From positions 62,001-126,000 of the forward strand of contig MCFH01000069.1 in the NCBI GenBank assembly GCA_002104945.1: a stretch of 64,000 bases of DNA, read 5' to 3'. Below the pieces are notes generated by a model. The model saw nothing but the letters and a program-made list of their open reading frames with translations. It was not told where the DNA came from and made no database searches. A program made the translations under genes and the position numbers. The DNA comes from Piromyces finnis finn. Lineage: Eukaryota; Fungi; Neocallimastigomycota. Position 1 is the first letter of the stretch, and each line of letters begins with the position of its first letter. Of this stretch, positions 38,136 to 49,321 are shown in pieces.

Positions 38136-41022
38136 CTTTATATCTTATAGTATATTAAAATATTGTACTTTTATGTTTAGTATTTTTTTTTTGGGAAATA
38201 TAAATCAATTTTATATTTTTTTCATTAAAAAGTTAAGTAGTCTTTTTTTAGCTATAAATTTAATTTTTACTATATTTCCAATTCAAATGCAATAGAAAAT
38301 ATTAATTTAAATTAAAAAAAAAGGTTTTCTATTTTTTGATTTAGTTTCCCAAAAAGTTTTTTTTTCCTATTTAAAAATAATAAAGTTTATTTAATATATA
38401 AATAAACTTTAATTAAATATTATTTTATATGGAAAAGACTACCTTTTTTTTTTTTTTTGGTAGATATTCCTTAAATTTAATTTTCTGAATTCGTTAATTT
38501 ATAAAAATAAAAATTTTAAAAAACGTTTTTCTTTTTCTTTTTCTTTTTTTTTTAAATAAGACAAATTTATATTTCATTGTTATAAAATATTTTTTTAAAA
38601 AGAGAACTGTTTATTACTGTATGCAAATAATATTAATTTATCTTTTATTATAATTCAAAATATAAATCCAAAATATAATAATATTTTGGGATTAATATGA
38701 ATATCGTAAATACTTTTTTTTTATTATAATATTTAGTTGCATTTATTGTTTTTATAGAATCTATTACCAGATTTATATAAAATACAGTTTTAATATTATA
38801 AAATTAAAAATTTATTAATAAACCAAAGGTATAAGTATTATTAAATAAAAATAAAGAATATATGGGAGACTTATAAGAAACTTTAAATATTATTCTAAAT
38901 AAAATGTTAAAGACGACAACAAGTAAAATGAAATAAAATATTTTACTACATATTAATGATGTATATAAAATGTATAGAATTAGTGTTTGATTTAAAATTA
39001 GTAAAATTAATAACTTTATATAGGAAAAATTATTATAGAAGAATGATAATTTTAGAATAGTGGGAAATAGTTCAATTTTAAATGGGTATACTATTTATTA
39101 TATATAAACAAATATATTATACCTTAATAAATCTTATTTAAGAATTAACCTTATCCTTCATAAATAAAACTATTATTTTAATATATTAATATTAATAATT
39201 ATATATAACATACATTGTTGTGATTCATGAACATTATTAATATTGTATGAATATGCCCTTATTACTTTTATTATTTGTTCTAATTTTTAATTATATTATA
39301 AAAATATTTTATTATTTATTAGTATTGATTTATATTTAATATATTATAATTATATAGATGAAGATGTTATTAATTTATTTATAAACGTATAAAAAAACTT
39401 TGTAGTCTTCTTATTTATTATTTATTTAATAAAGAAGATTTTATAGGTAAAATATATATAGACAATTTAAAAAAAAAATGGCAAAAAAGAGTAATTATTT
39501 TTATACTTTTCCTTTTATAAATAAACATCCAATAAATTAATACATGCTTTTTAAAATAATTATATATATATTATAAAAAAAAAGAAAAGACAATCAAACT
39601 AAAAACGAAATATAAATTTAAAATGACATTCACCACCATACCATTTTCTTATGAGTATTACTTATTATTCAAGTATATTTTTATCAATAAATTTAGTTTT
39701 ACAAAAATAATAGGAATTATAAATTTTAAAGTATTAATTTTTGAAATATTTAAAATTTGAATTTAAATGTTCATAGATTATTATTTAAAATTTTTTAAAG
39801 TATTTTTTTAGTGTTTAGTAGTGTTTTTCAAAAAGAAATAAAAATACTTTTAAAATATTCAATATATATATATATTAAATACAAAAAAATATATATATAT
39901 ATATATAAATATTTTTCTTTATTAAAATAATAAATAAATATAAAATAAAATTTTCATTAACATTTCTTTTCTATATTGAAAAATTGACTTTTATAAAATA
40001 TTATTAATACAGAAGATTCTAAAAAACAACTATAAAAATATTTAAATATATATTAAAATTTATTTAAATTTTTACCAGTGTAGGATATTTCAGAAACATA
40101 GATACAAATCATAAAATATATGATAATTGATGTAATTTAATTAGATCGATTATAAACTTAAAAAATATAATATTTAAACAGAAATAATTACCAAAAAAAA
40201 AAAAAAAGAATTTTTTTTTAAAAGAAATTCAACTTAAACAAATCAATTTAATTTCCTTTTATTGTTAAAATTATAGTATTTAGAAAAAAATAAAAGTTTA
40301 TCTTTTAGTAAAGAAATATATGTTAAAATAATAATAAATTAATAATATTATAATAAAAGATAAGTTTATATTTAATTCTTTTTAAAAGAAAATATTTTTA
40401 AAAATTTTATATTTTTATAAAAAAAGGTTTAGAGAAATAAATATATTTATTAAAAAAAGTAAAAAAACAAAATTTATTAATAAAATTTTATTTAATAAAA
40501 AAAAAACTATTTAACCTCATTATAAGATTTGTAAAAAAAGAAGTTACCAAATAAATAAATGATTGAATGGTATAGTTTTTTTTTAGAAAGTAAAAGAGTT
40601 AATTCTACTATAAAAAAAAAAAAAGAATTAAAATATTCTTTTTAATTGTTCCTTATGATTAAATTAAATAATTAATAATTATACTATAAATACTATAAAT
40701 ACATAGGATTTTTTTATTTATTAAAAAATAAATATAATTATAAAGATATAAATATTTTATCAAACTATAATAACTATTACCAGAAAAAAATATAAATTGA
40801 AAGATATAATTATTCAGGTTTATTAATTTAATGATAAACTTTATTAATATAATAATAATCATTATCATTAATAAATAAAAATATTTATCTCCCATATCTC
40901 ATATCCCCCATAAATGTCTTTTATTAAAAATGTATTATTCAACTTTTATATTTTTTTTTTTTTTTAAAAAAATTAAAATTTGAATATAACATATTTTATA
41001 ATACAATGTATATATATTAAAA

Positions 41023-43806
41023 ATGAATAAGAGAAATAAAAACCTATTTTTATATATATTATTTTTTATATCAATTACCCATGCCTTAAGATGTGGATCA
41101 GATTATGGCAAATGTCCAGCTGGTCAATGTTGTAGTAAAAAGGGATATTGTGGAAAAACTGCTGCTTATTGTTCAACCTCTAATGGTTGTCAATCAGAAT
41201 TTGGAGATTGTAAATGTGGTAGTGATTTTGGTAAATGTTCAGCTGGTCAGTGTTGTAGTAAAAAGGGATATTGTGGAAAAACTGCTGCTTATTGTTCAAC
41301 CTCTAATGGTTGTCAATCAGAATTTGGAGATTGTAAATGTGGTAGTGATTTTGGTAAATGTTCAGCTGGTCAGTGTTGTAGTAAAAAGGGATATTGTGGA
41401 AAAACTGCTGCTTATTGTTCAACCTCTAATGGTTGTCAATCAGAATTTGGAGATTGTAAATGTGGTAGTGATTTTGGTAAATGTTCAGCTGGTCAGTGTT
41501 GTAGTAAAAAGGGATATTGTGGAAAAACTGCTGCTTATTGTTCAACCTCTAATGGTTGTCAATCAGAATTTGGAGATTGTAAATGTGGTAGTGATTTTGG
41601 TAAATGTTCAGCTGGTCAATGTTGTAGTAAAAAAGGATATTGTGGAAAAACTGCTGCTTATTGTTCCCTTGATAAAGGGTGCCAATCAGAATTCGGACAA
41701 TGTAAATGTGGACCAGAATATGGTACATGTCCTTCTGGTCAGTGTTGTAGTAAGGACGGGTATTGTGGAAGTACAACAGCTTATTGTTCCCTTGATAAAG
41801 GGTGTCAGTCTGAATTTGGACAATGTAAATGTGGACCAGAATATGGTACATGTCCTTCTGGTCAATGTTGTAGTAAAGACGGGTATTGTGGTACTAATGA
41901 AGAATATTGTTCTTCCATTAATGGTTGTCAATCAGAATTTGGAGATTGTAAATGCGGTGAAAACTTTGGAAATTGCGAAGCTAGTAAATGCTGTAGTAAA
42001 GATGGATATTGTGGTACTAATGAAGAATATTGTTCTACTCTTAATGGGTGTCAACAAAACTTTGGTACATGTGAAGAGGATACTATTTTGCCGTCTAAAA
42101 AAAATTATATTCCTGAAATAATGGAAGAATCCTATGAAGAATTATATAACCCATATAGAGGTTGGTTTCATGGTTCAATCACAGTTGATTTAACAGATAA
42201 TGCAAATATTGATTGTAATTTTATATATGCTTTTGGAAGTGTAAGGAAATATCAACCAGGGCTTCAATATCTAGGAATTAGATTATCAGAGTATTATAAT
42301 AAAAGAATTTCCACAGAAGCTTTAGTGTTATTGGACAATTTATTAAATGAATATAAAAAAAGAAAAGAAAGCATTGATCCTACTACTCAATTAATTCTAA
42401 GATTTTATTATGATAGTGGAAGTACAACATTAACTAAAAAAAGTTTATTGGAAAGTTCTATATTAGAAATAGAAGAAGAAACATTTGTGAAAAAAGAATT
42501 AGACAATGGTGAATTATATGTAACAAATGAGGATATTGAATATATGAAAAAAGTTTTTAATCCTAATATAAATATTAACAATAAAAATTTAGAGAATATT
42601 GCTAGAGATAATAATTCTGAAGAAAAAATACAATTCACCAAATTATCAAAGAGAGAAAATGGTCATTTTATATTTTTAGAAAAGGAAAAATGTTATAAAT
42701 ATATTCCAACAGATCGGGAGCCTGAAGATGTCAATATCATTTTAGAACATGTTGATCAACTTTTTGATATTGTAAATAAATATAAAGATATTGTATATAT
42801 TTATCAAGGCGCTTTTGTTGGAAGATGGGGTGAAATGCATAGTACTAAACATGGAGGTTCATTGGCAAGTTGTACAAAGATTATGGAAGCTATCAATAAA
42901 AAAACAGATCCTTCTATATTTTTAGCAGTAAGAACTCCTTGCCATTACAGGGGTATCGCAAACGAAATAAAAAAAATAAATGAGGGAGATTATGAATCAT
43001 TAATAAAAAGATTAAGTTTATTTAATGATGGTTTATTCTATAGTGAAATTGATGCAGGTACTTATGGAGGTTACGGTATCTGCTTTGAAGATGATAAAGA
43101 AATGCAATATCTTAAAAAACCTAGAAATGAGGAAATTGAATTTCAAAATGAATTGTGTTTAGATGTTCCAAATGGCGGAGAGATCATTTCTAATACAAAT
43201 AGTGATAAATATGAAGAAATTTATGAATTGTCAGATATTAAAGAAGCCATCGCGCATCCTGATAATTATAATAATTTTTATGTTTGTGAAGATTACAGTA
43301 AAAATATTCATCTATCCTATTTTAACGATGAATATGATCGTGCTATATTTGATAGATGGAATATTACTTTTAGTAAGCAAATTTATAAACCAAATTGGAA
43401 TACTGTGTGTGCCGAAGATTATATGGGACATCATTTAGGTTATAGATATGTTTTAAGAGACAGTTCTATTATTAATAATACTTTAAATATATCCCTTGAA
43501 AATATTGGTTTCGCACCAGCTTATAAATTCTTCAAATCTGAACTTTTATTAAAATCATCTACCACAGATAATGTCCTTATTATTGATATTGATACAAATA
43601 ATAAAAATTGGTCATTAAATAAAAATATAACAATAACAGTCAATTTAGAAAATGAATTGTCCCAATTAACTGAAGAAAATTATGACGTTTTCTTTAATTT
43701 ATTTGATCCTGAATTAGAATATGATATAAAATTTGCAAACACTAATGAATATTATGAAAATTATGGTTATAAAATAGGTGTTTTAACCAACGAAAACAAA
43801 AAATAA
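41023..43806 (+). CDS. Secreted protein with 8 tandem CBM18 (chitin-binding) modules and a DUF4874/DUF4832-like putative glycoside hydrolase domain
   Basis: Signal peptide, then 8 x C-G-x4-C-x4-CCSKxGYCG...GCQSEFG-C. The C-terminal domain has YNPYRGWF, LILRFYYD, QGAFVGRWGEMHS, LAVRTP, LFNDG, NGGE, HLGYRYVL and LENIGFAP, motifs recalled for bacterial DUF4874+DUF4832 proteins. Confidence 0.75.
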   Translation: MNKRNKNLFLYILFFISITHALRCGSDYGKCPAGQCCSKKGYCGKTAAYCSTSNGCQSEFGDCKCGSDFGKCSAGQCCSKKGYCGKTAAYCSTSNGCQSEFGDCKCGSDFGKCSAGQCCSKKGYCGKTAAYCSTSNGCQSEFGDCKCGSDFGKCSAGQCCSKKGYCGKTAAYCSTSNGCQSEFGDCKCGSDFGKCSAGQCCSKKGYCGKTAAYCSLDKGCQSEFGQCKCGPEYGTCPSGQCCSKDGYCGSTTAYCSLDKGCQSEFGQCKCGPEYGTCPSGQCCSKDGYCGTNEEYCSSINGCQSEFGDCKCGENFGNCEASKCCSKDGYCGTNEEYCSTLNGCQQNFGTCEEDTILPSKKNYIPEIMEESYEELYNPYRGWFHGSITVDLTDNANIDCNFIYAFGSVRKYQPGLQYLGIRLSEYYNKRISTEALVLLDNLLNEYKKRKESIDPTTQLILRFYYDSGSTTLTKKSLLESSILEIEEETFVKKELDNGELYVTNEDIEYMKKVFNPNININNKNLENIARDNNSEEKIQFTKLSKRENGHFIFLEKEKCYKYIPTDREPEDVNIILEHVDQLFDIVNKYKDIVYIYQGAFVGRWGEMHSTKHGGSLASCTKIMEAINKKTDPSIFLAVRTPCHYRGIANEIKKINEGDYESLIKRLSLFNDGLFYSEIDAGTYGGYGICFEDDKEMQYLKKPRNEEIEFQNELCLDVPNGGEIISNTNSDKYEEIYELSDIKEAIAHPDNYNNFYVCEDYSKNIHLSYFNDEYDRAIFDRWNITFSKQIYKPNWNTVCAEDYMGHHLGYRYVLRDSSIINNTLNISLENIGFAPAYKFFKSELLLKSSTTDNVLIIDIDTNNKNWSLNKNITITVNLENELSQLTEENYDVFFNLFDPELEYDIKFANTNEYYENYGYKIGVLTNENKK
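41092..42075 (+). repeat. 8 x 123-bp coding tandem repeat (CBM18 array)
   Basis: Unit starts at 41092, 41215, 41338, 41461, 41584, 41707, 41830 and 41953. Confidence 0.95.
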
Positions 43807-43992
43807 CATACCTCTATCTATAAATAATGTATATTTTCTTTTTTTTCTTTTGTAAAAAATGTATAGTTAAATTACTATTTTAAATAAAGAAATTTTAATT
43901 AACAAATTAAATAATTCTTTTCTTATTTGAAAAATAACAAAAGAAACAAAACTAATTTATATATTTATGAATTTTGTTATTAAAAAATATTA

Positions 43993-44016
43993 AATAATAA
44001 TAATAATAATAATAAT

Positions 44017-44110
<94 letters not shown>
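43993..44110. repeat. (AAT)n microsatellite, about 39 units with one interruption
   Basis: Seen directly in the sequence. Confidence 0.95.
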
Positions 44111-44202
44111 GCAACGATTCTTCCTCATCCAACAAGTCTGATAACTTTTCTTTTTGTCTTAGTTGGAATACTAATGGGTGGAATCATGAAAAGAGAGATA
44201 GT
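44110..44202 (+). mobile_element. Short inverted internal fragment of the adjacent non-LTR retrotransposon family
   Basis: agcaacgattcttcctcatccaacaagtctgataac...gaaaagagagatagt matches the reverse complement of about 48362-48454 with 4 substitutions. Confidence 0.92.
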
Positions 44203-44328
44203 TATTGTCAATGTTGGGTTTGAAAATTAATATAAAACTCAAAGGATAGAATATTGTATAAATTTTATTTGCTACCAAATAGTAAACCATAAATAGATGA
44301 AAGAATAAAAATTAAATGGTAAATATAA

Positions 44329-44366
<38 letters not shown>

Positions 44367-44602
44367 GGCATCAAATATTTTAAACTTTATTATTAATTTA
44401 ATTAAAATTATAATACATGTAATATAAAAATTAAAATAAAATAAAAATAAAAAAAATATGTTTAAATAAACACAAATGAATAAAAATTGGGTATAATGTA
44501 TTCTAGTAATTTTAATTAAAGTAAGAAAGCCACTATCATACTAAAGTATAATAATTGTATTTGACTTCCAATGGGACACCGAGCCAAAGATCAAAAATTT
44601 TG

Positions 44603-47600
44603 TCATGGAACAAAATTATGATCTCCATTGGTTGCGCTGGCCCTCCTGGCCTGTCTTACTGTTTCTTCAGCATTGACGCTCTTGGATGTTGCTTCAAACC
44701 TTTTGAACATTGACCATTGCTGGCCAATAGCAAAAGGCATGATTTTGGTTAGAAGTTCCGCGGTTACCGTCAAGAATGGTGTTCCTTCGTTAGTATCAGA
44801 TTGAATCTGACGCTTACAAAGTTCTTTCCATTCCCTTGAATTGTAATTAATATTGTTAAAACTTCTTCCCCCAAGAAGGAATTTAAATATTTTACTGCAC
44901 ACACTAGAATAATCATACACATTAATATTCACCGGATTATTAGAACTATTACTATCATTAACTAAATTACTATCTAAATTAGAATTATTATCTTCACTAT
45001 TGCTATCATTACTAATATTATTATTTCTATTATTGTTATTATTACTATTGTTACTATTACTATTGTTACTATTACTATTGTTATTACTACTATTGTTACT
45101 ATTACTATTAATGTTATTACTATCTCTACTGATATTATCAATTTCATTATTATTGATAGGACTATTGGAATTACGTTGACTGAAAAAATTTAATAGCTGG
45201 ACTATGGAATCATAATGTTTAATACGGATATCTCTAAATGTTGGACAATCTAATAACCAATGTTTAATACTTTGATCTCCACACTTGCAACATGGACAGT
45301 AGTTAGGACAAACTGGATCAACAAATTTGGCAGCTTTGGCAACTCTAGCATCCAACTTGTATCCGCTTCTTGCTTTCAATAGCCAGTAGAAGCCATAGGC
45401 AAACTCTGGGTACTCATAACATAATTTAATAAAATCTTTAGTTTCAATAAATTTATTATCATCATAATATTGCGCTTTGATTGAATTCCCTTTGAGATCT
45501 TTCCAATAAAAGTTTTTAACTGCTTTAACATCTCCATGTTTCTTTAATTTTTTATCAAGTGTCCTACTTGATTTGCACCACGTGTATTTTCTAAATTTAG
45601 GAATGTAATTGACAAGGTGTGAGATAATACAATTTGAGTTTTTCCATTTGTTAAAACATCTAACCTGAGCTAACGCACATTTGGCTGACAGTGGAGGAAT
45701 ATTCAAATCTTTTGAAATAGAGTATAAAGATATAAACGATACAGCTTTATGAACTCCGGCAACCCATCGTATTCCTTTGTTAACATGCTTCTGAGCAATT
45801 CTAGACCTAGCTTTGTTGGATCCAAGTAATGGTGCAAAGTATGAAACTCTGCTAATCACTTGTGAGTTAAGTACTAGTTTTTTGAAAGGAATAGGAATAT
45901 TAGGATTTCTTAAGAATTTACTGACTGAGAAAAGCCCTTTCAAAACCTTGTTATTAAGAGCTTTAATTACTGGTTTAAGGGACAGATTCTTATCAAATGG
46001 AACACCAAGATAAGTATAGCAATCAGTAGTTGGAATGGGTTGTCCTGCTAAGTAAAATGTTGGATCTCTCTTGTTCTGATTTTCTATTGATTCAGGACGA
46101 ATCACCATCGTTGAACATTTCTGGATACCAAATTCCATTTCATTATACAAGGCCCATTCATTAACTCTTCTAAGCATCTTTTTTAAGCATCCTCTTGTTG
46201 GAGCACAAATAACTATATCATCTGCAAAAAGTCCACCACAGCATCGAGTGTCACCTAAACTGACTCCTAGATCTTCGCACTCTCTAAATATATCATTAAT
46301 AAAGAGATTAAAGAGAATAGGAGAAAGAGGGCAACCTTGACGGACTCCTTTCTTCACATCAAAAGATTTCGAGAATTGTCCATCTAATTTGACATTAGCC
46401 TTAGATGTTAAATATAAATTTTTGATAAATTGTAGACTCTTACCTCGGATTCCTAAACAATCTAATTTATGGAGAATATTACCGATTGGGACTGAATCGT
46501 ATGCTTTCCTGAGATCTAAAAAGGCCAAATATGTCTCTTTATTATCTAATTGACGTCTACGGCATATTTCTTGGATTGAAATGAAAAGACTAATACTTTC
46601 TTCCTTTTTTCGAAAACCAAATTGTTCAGGTCTAATGAAATTATTCTTTAAACCATATTCTGAGATTCTAGTGGTGACAATTTTGGAAATCAACTTAATA
46701 CCATTATTGATAAGTGATATACCTCGATAGTTATCACAATCTGTCAAATCTCCCTTCTTAGGAATAGAAACAATACTGGATTCATTCCATGAGTTGGGGA
46801 AATCTCCATCCCAAATACGGTTGAATAATTTAAGAATAAAATTTAAACCATGAGCATCATTATCTGAAGTAGCATTACCAGAAGAATTATTATCTGTAGC
46901 ATTATTAGAATCATTACTTGATGGAACTAATGCTTTGTAAAATTCAATTGGAATACCATCCGGACCTGATGCTTTATAATTTGGAGTAGTGAGGATAGCT
47001 GACTTGACTTCATCAATACTAATATCTTGGTTGATATCCCACTCATCAAGCATAGGAAGTGAAAAACGTTTATTCGTTGGTTCTTCATACCAATGCTCCA
47101 AATCAAGACTTATACCACTTGGGTCTGATGCAAGATTTTCGAAATGATCATGCCACACATCTAGTTGTTCTTCTGTAGCAACAACTAATTCTCCATTTTT
47201 ATTTTTAATTGGTTGAGCAATAAAGAAAGAATCTTTTCCAATTTTTGCAGTTTTCTTGATCCATTTCCAGGCCTTCTTAGGATTATGACTCTTCATATAC
47301 TCACATCCTGTTTTAATCCAATGAAGATATTCTTGCTTCCTAAATTTATTACATCTTTTGTGGATGTAATCAATGAGTTTACGGTAGATTTTAATTCTTT
47401 TAATAAATTCATCTATATCATAAATTCTTTCTTTTTTAAATCTCTTATACAACTTCATTTTGATTTTTTGAAGATTAAAAATTTGTTGTGAAATATGAAA
47501 TGAAGACTTCATAACATTATTTGCTGAGGTAATACTGAGCTCGTCTGCAATTGAAAAAGCAGTTGAAGTAAACTCTTTGGAAAGTTCATCTGTAGAAACA

Positions 47601-49126
47601 TTAGGATCGTTGAATTTTGCTGAAAGTATTTGGAATTTATTATGACTGAGAATAGATTCCTTTTCCTCAATACATTTTAATCTATTCCATTTCAGAATTT
47701 TCTTAGGAACATTAAAGTCATTAGAAAAATCTTCCATAGGAATAATTTTACCATTAATAAGAAGTGGCTTATGGTCTGACACAGGATAAAAATTATTTAT
47801 AAATGATCCTGAGTGAATAAGATCTTTCATCTTCGAATTGATAAGAGCATGGTCAATGTCGGAAGATTGATCACCTCGAGTCCAAGAGATAGTAGACCCT
47901 CTAAGCGGAAGAATTTCCCAATCTCCTAATCCATTAGTTGATAACCAGTTGGATAATTTTACTTTAGACATATTAAAATCACCAACAAGAATCGATGGAT
48001 GGGATGAATGAGTTTGTAACCACAAGCGAACTTCTAACTTTGCATGATCAACATAGATGTTGTGATGACTATGAGGCATATAAACATTTCCAATCGAGCA
48101 TTTGAATCTATTCCAGAGACTAAAAGTATAAATAGAAATAATATACTTTCCAGAGAAGTTTTCAAGTGAGGCTTGACACGAATTGTGAAAACCTAAATAT
48201 AAACCTCTCATTCCTGGAACTGATTCGTCAGCTTTCTTGAAAAAGTGTCTATAGTTTCGCAAAGTAACACGACAAGGATAATCTGTATTCGAACCAGAAC
48301 CATTACCAGTTTCTTGGAAACATAAAAATAATGGTTTGAAAATAGCTGTGAAATAGCTAATACTATCTCTCTTTTCGTGATTCCACCCATTGGTGTTCCA
48401 ACTAAGACAAAAAGAAAAGTTATCAGGCTTGTTGGATGAGGAAGAATCGTTGCTATTATTATTATTATTAAAGTCATCGTTATTAATGGATGATGCATCA
48501 GAGGAATAAGTAGAACTATTACTAGATGGCTGTGAAACTGAAGAACTATCAACTATTGAACTGTTATCAGAGTTGATAGAGCTATTAGAATTAATTGTTG
48601 AATGTTGAGATTGAAATTGTGTTTGCTGTAGATCTGGAATATTTTCATGATTGGAAACTTGTTGAAGATCTTGTTGAAGATCTAGTTGAAGATCGGATTG
48701 TTGATGAGATTGTTGAACTGATTGTTGAAATGATTGTTGAATAGAATGTTGATGTTTATTAGAAACTAAAATTTTACGTTTGAGAGTGGAAAAAGTGTAT
48801 TTGTGATTCCTTCTACTACGAGCTGAAAAGGAAATTGAGGTAACTGAAAGTTTCTTCTTTAACATGTGTAAGATTTTAATACAATCTTTCGATGAACCAT
48901 GAACCTTGACTAAGAAAAAGTGATCATTGAAAGTCTGAAAATATTTAACACTAATAACTGAATTAAATTTATCTTCTAGAATAACCTCGAGTTTTTCCCA
49001 TAGCATATTTACTGACCATGATCGAATACCACGGATAAAGAAGGAGCGAATATCATTTAAGGGGATACCATAAGACCGGGTACCACGTCTGATATAATTC
49101 TTGTCTTTAATATAAAGGACTGACAT
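44603..49126 (-). CDS. Retrotransposon polyprotein: N-terminal domain, apurinic-like endonuclease, reverse transcriptase, C-terminal zinc knuckle
   Basis: APE motifs SWNTNG, CFQET, GNVYMP, LVGDFN, DIDHAL and SDHKP. RT motifs NYRGISL, QFGFR, FLDLRKAYD, GVRQGCPLSP, FADD and YLGV. Knuckle CPCCKCGDQSIKHWLLDC. Confidence 0.96.
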   Translation of the reverse strand: MSVLYIKDKNYIRRGTRSYGIPLNDIRSFFIRGIRSWSVNMLWEKLEVILEDKFNSVISVKYFQTFNDHFFLVKVHGSSKDCIKILHMLKKKLSVTSISFSARSRRNHKYTFSTLKRKILVSNKHQHSIQQSFQQSVQQSHQQSDLQLDLQQDLQQVSNHENIPDLQQTQFQSQHSTINSNSSINSDNSSIVDSSSVSQPSSNSSTYSSDASSINNDDFNNNNNSNDSSSSNKPDNFSFCLSWNTNGWNHEKRDSISYFTAIFKPLFLCFQETGNGSGSNTDYPCRVTLRNYRHFFKKADESVPGMRGLYLGFHNSCQASLENFSGKYIISIYTFSLWNRFKCSIGNVYMPHSHHNIYVDHAKLEVRLWLQTHSSHPSILVGDFNMSKVKLSNWLSTNGLGDWEILPLRGSTISWTRGDQSSDIDHALINSKMKDLIHSGSFINNFYPVSDHKPLLINGKIIPMEDFSNDFNVPKKILKWNRLKCIEEKESILSHNKFQILSAKFNDPNVSTDELSKEFTSTAFSIADELSITSANNVMKSSFHISQQIFNLQKIKMKLYKRFKKERIYDIDEFIKRIKIYRKLIDYIHKRCNKFRKQEYLHWIKTGCEYMKSHNPKKAWKWIKKTAKIGKDSFFIAQPIKNKNGELVVATEEQLDVWHDHFENLASDPSGISLDLEHWYEEPTNKRFSLPMLDEWDINQDISIDEVKSAILTTPNYKASGPDGIPIEFYKALVPSSNDSNNATDNNSSGNATSDNDAHGLNFILKLFNRIWDGDFPNSWNESSIVSIPKKGDLTDCDNYRGISLINNGIKLISKIVTTRISEYGLKNNFIRPEQFGFRKKEESISLFISIQEICRRRQLDNKETYLAFLDLRKAYDSVPIGNILHKLDCLGIRGKSLQFIKNLYLTSKANVKLDGQFSKSFDVKKGVRQGCPLSPILFNLFINDIFRECEDLGVSLGDTRCCGGLFADDIVICAPTRGCLKKMLRRVNEWALYNEMEFGIQKCSTMVIRPESIENQNKRDPTFYLAGQPIPTTDCYTYLGVPFDKNLSLKPVIKALNNKVLKGLFSVSKFLRNPNIPIPFKKLVLNSQVISRVSYFAPLLGSNKARSRIAQKHVNKGIRWVAGVHKAVSFISLYSISKDLNIPPLSAKCALAQVRCFNKWKNSNCIISHLVNYIPKFRKYTWCKSSRTLDKKLKKHGDVKAVKNFYWKDLKGNSIKAQYYDDNKFIETKDFIKLCYEYPEFAYGFYWLLKARSGYKLDARVAKAAKFVDPVCPNYCPCCKCGDQSIKHWLLDCPTFRDIRIKHYDSIVQLLNFFSQRNSNSPINNNEIDNISRDSNNINSNSNNSSNNNSNSNNSNSNNSNNNNNRNNNISNDSNSEDNNSNLDSNLVNDSNSSNNPVNINVYDYSSVCSKIFKFLLGGRSFNNINYNSREWKELCKRQIQSDTNEGTPFLTVTAELLTKIMPFAIGQQWSMFKRFEATSKSVNAEETVRQARRASATNGDHNFVP

Positions 49127-49321
49127 GATAATAAATTCTAATTAAAAATATTGAATATAAAATAAATACTAATAAAAATTATAAATATAACGTGTATGGA
49201 AAAAAAATCTGTCTCTCTCTCTCTTCTTAAAAGTACTGGATAGTACAAAAATTGTTACGATGCTTTGTTTAAAGTTTTTTTTTTTTTTTTGAATTCTAGT
49301 TGTAAATTTTCTTTAAAAATT

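Noticed and set aside
40659-40895. AT-rich F/I/Y/L/N ORFs in intergenic DNA (also 30046-30294, 53816-54091, 58374-58565)
   Set aside because: Composition mirrors background AT richness with no family motifs; 58374-58565 is antisense to the M13 remnant.
41092-42075. Regular 123-bp repeats as a CRISPR-like array
   Set aside because: They are in-frame CBM18 coding units without unique spacers, in a eukaryotic genome.
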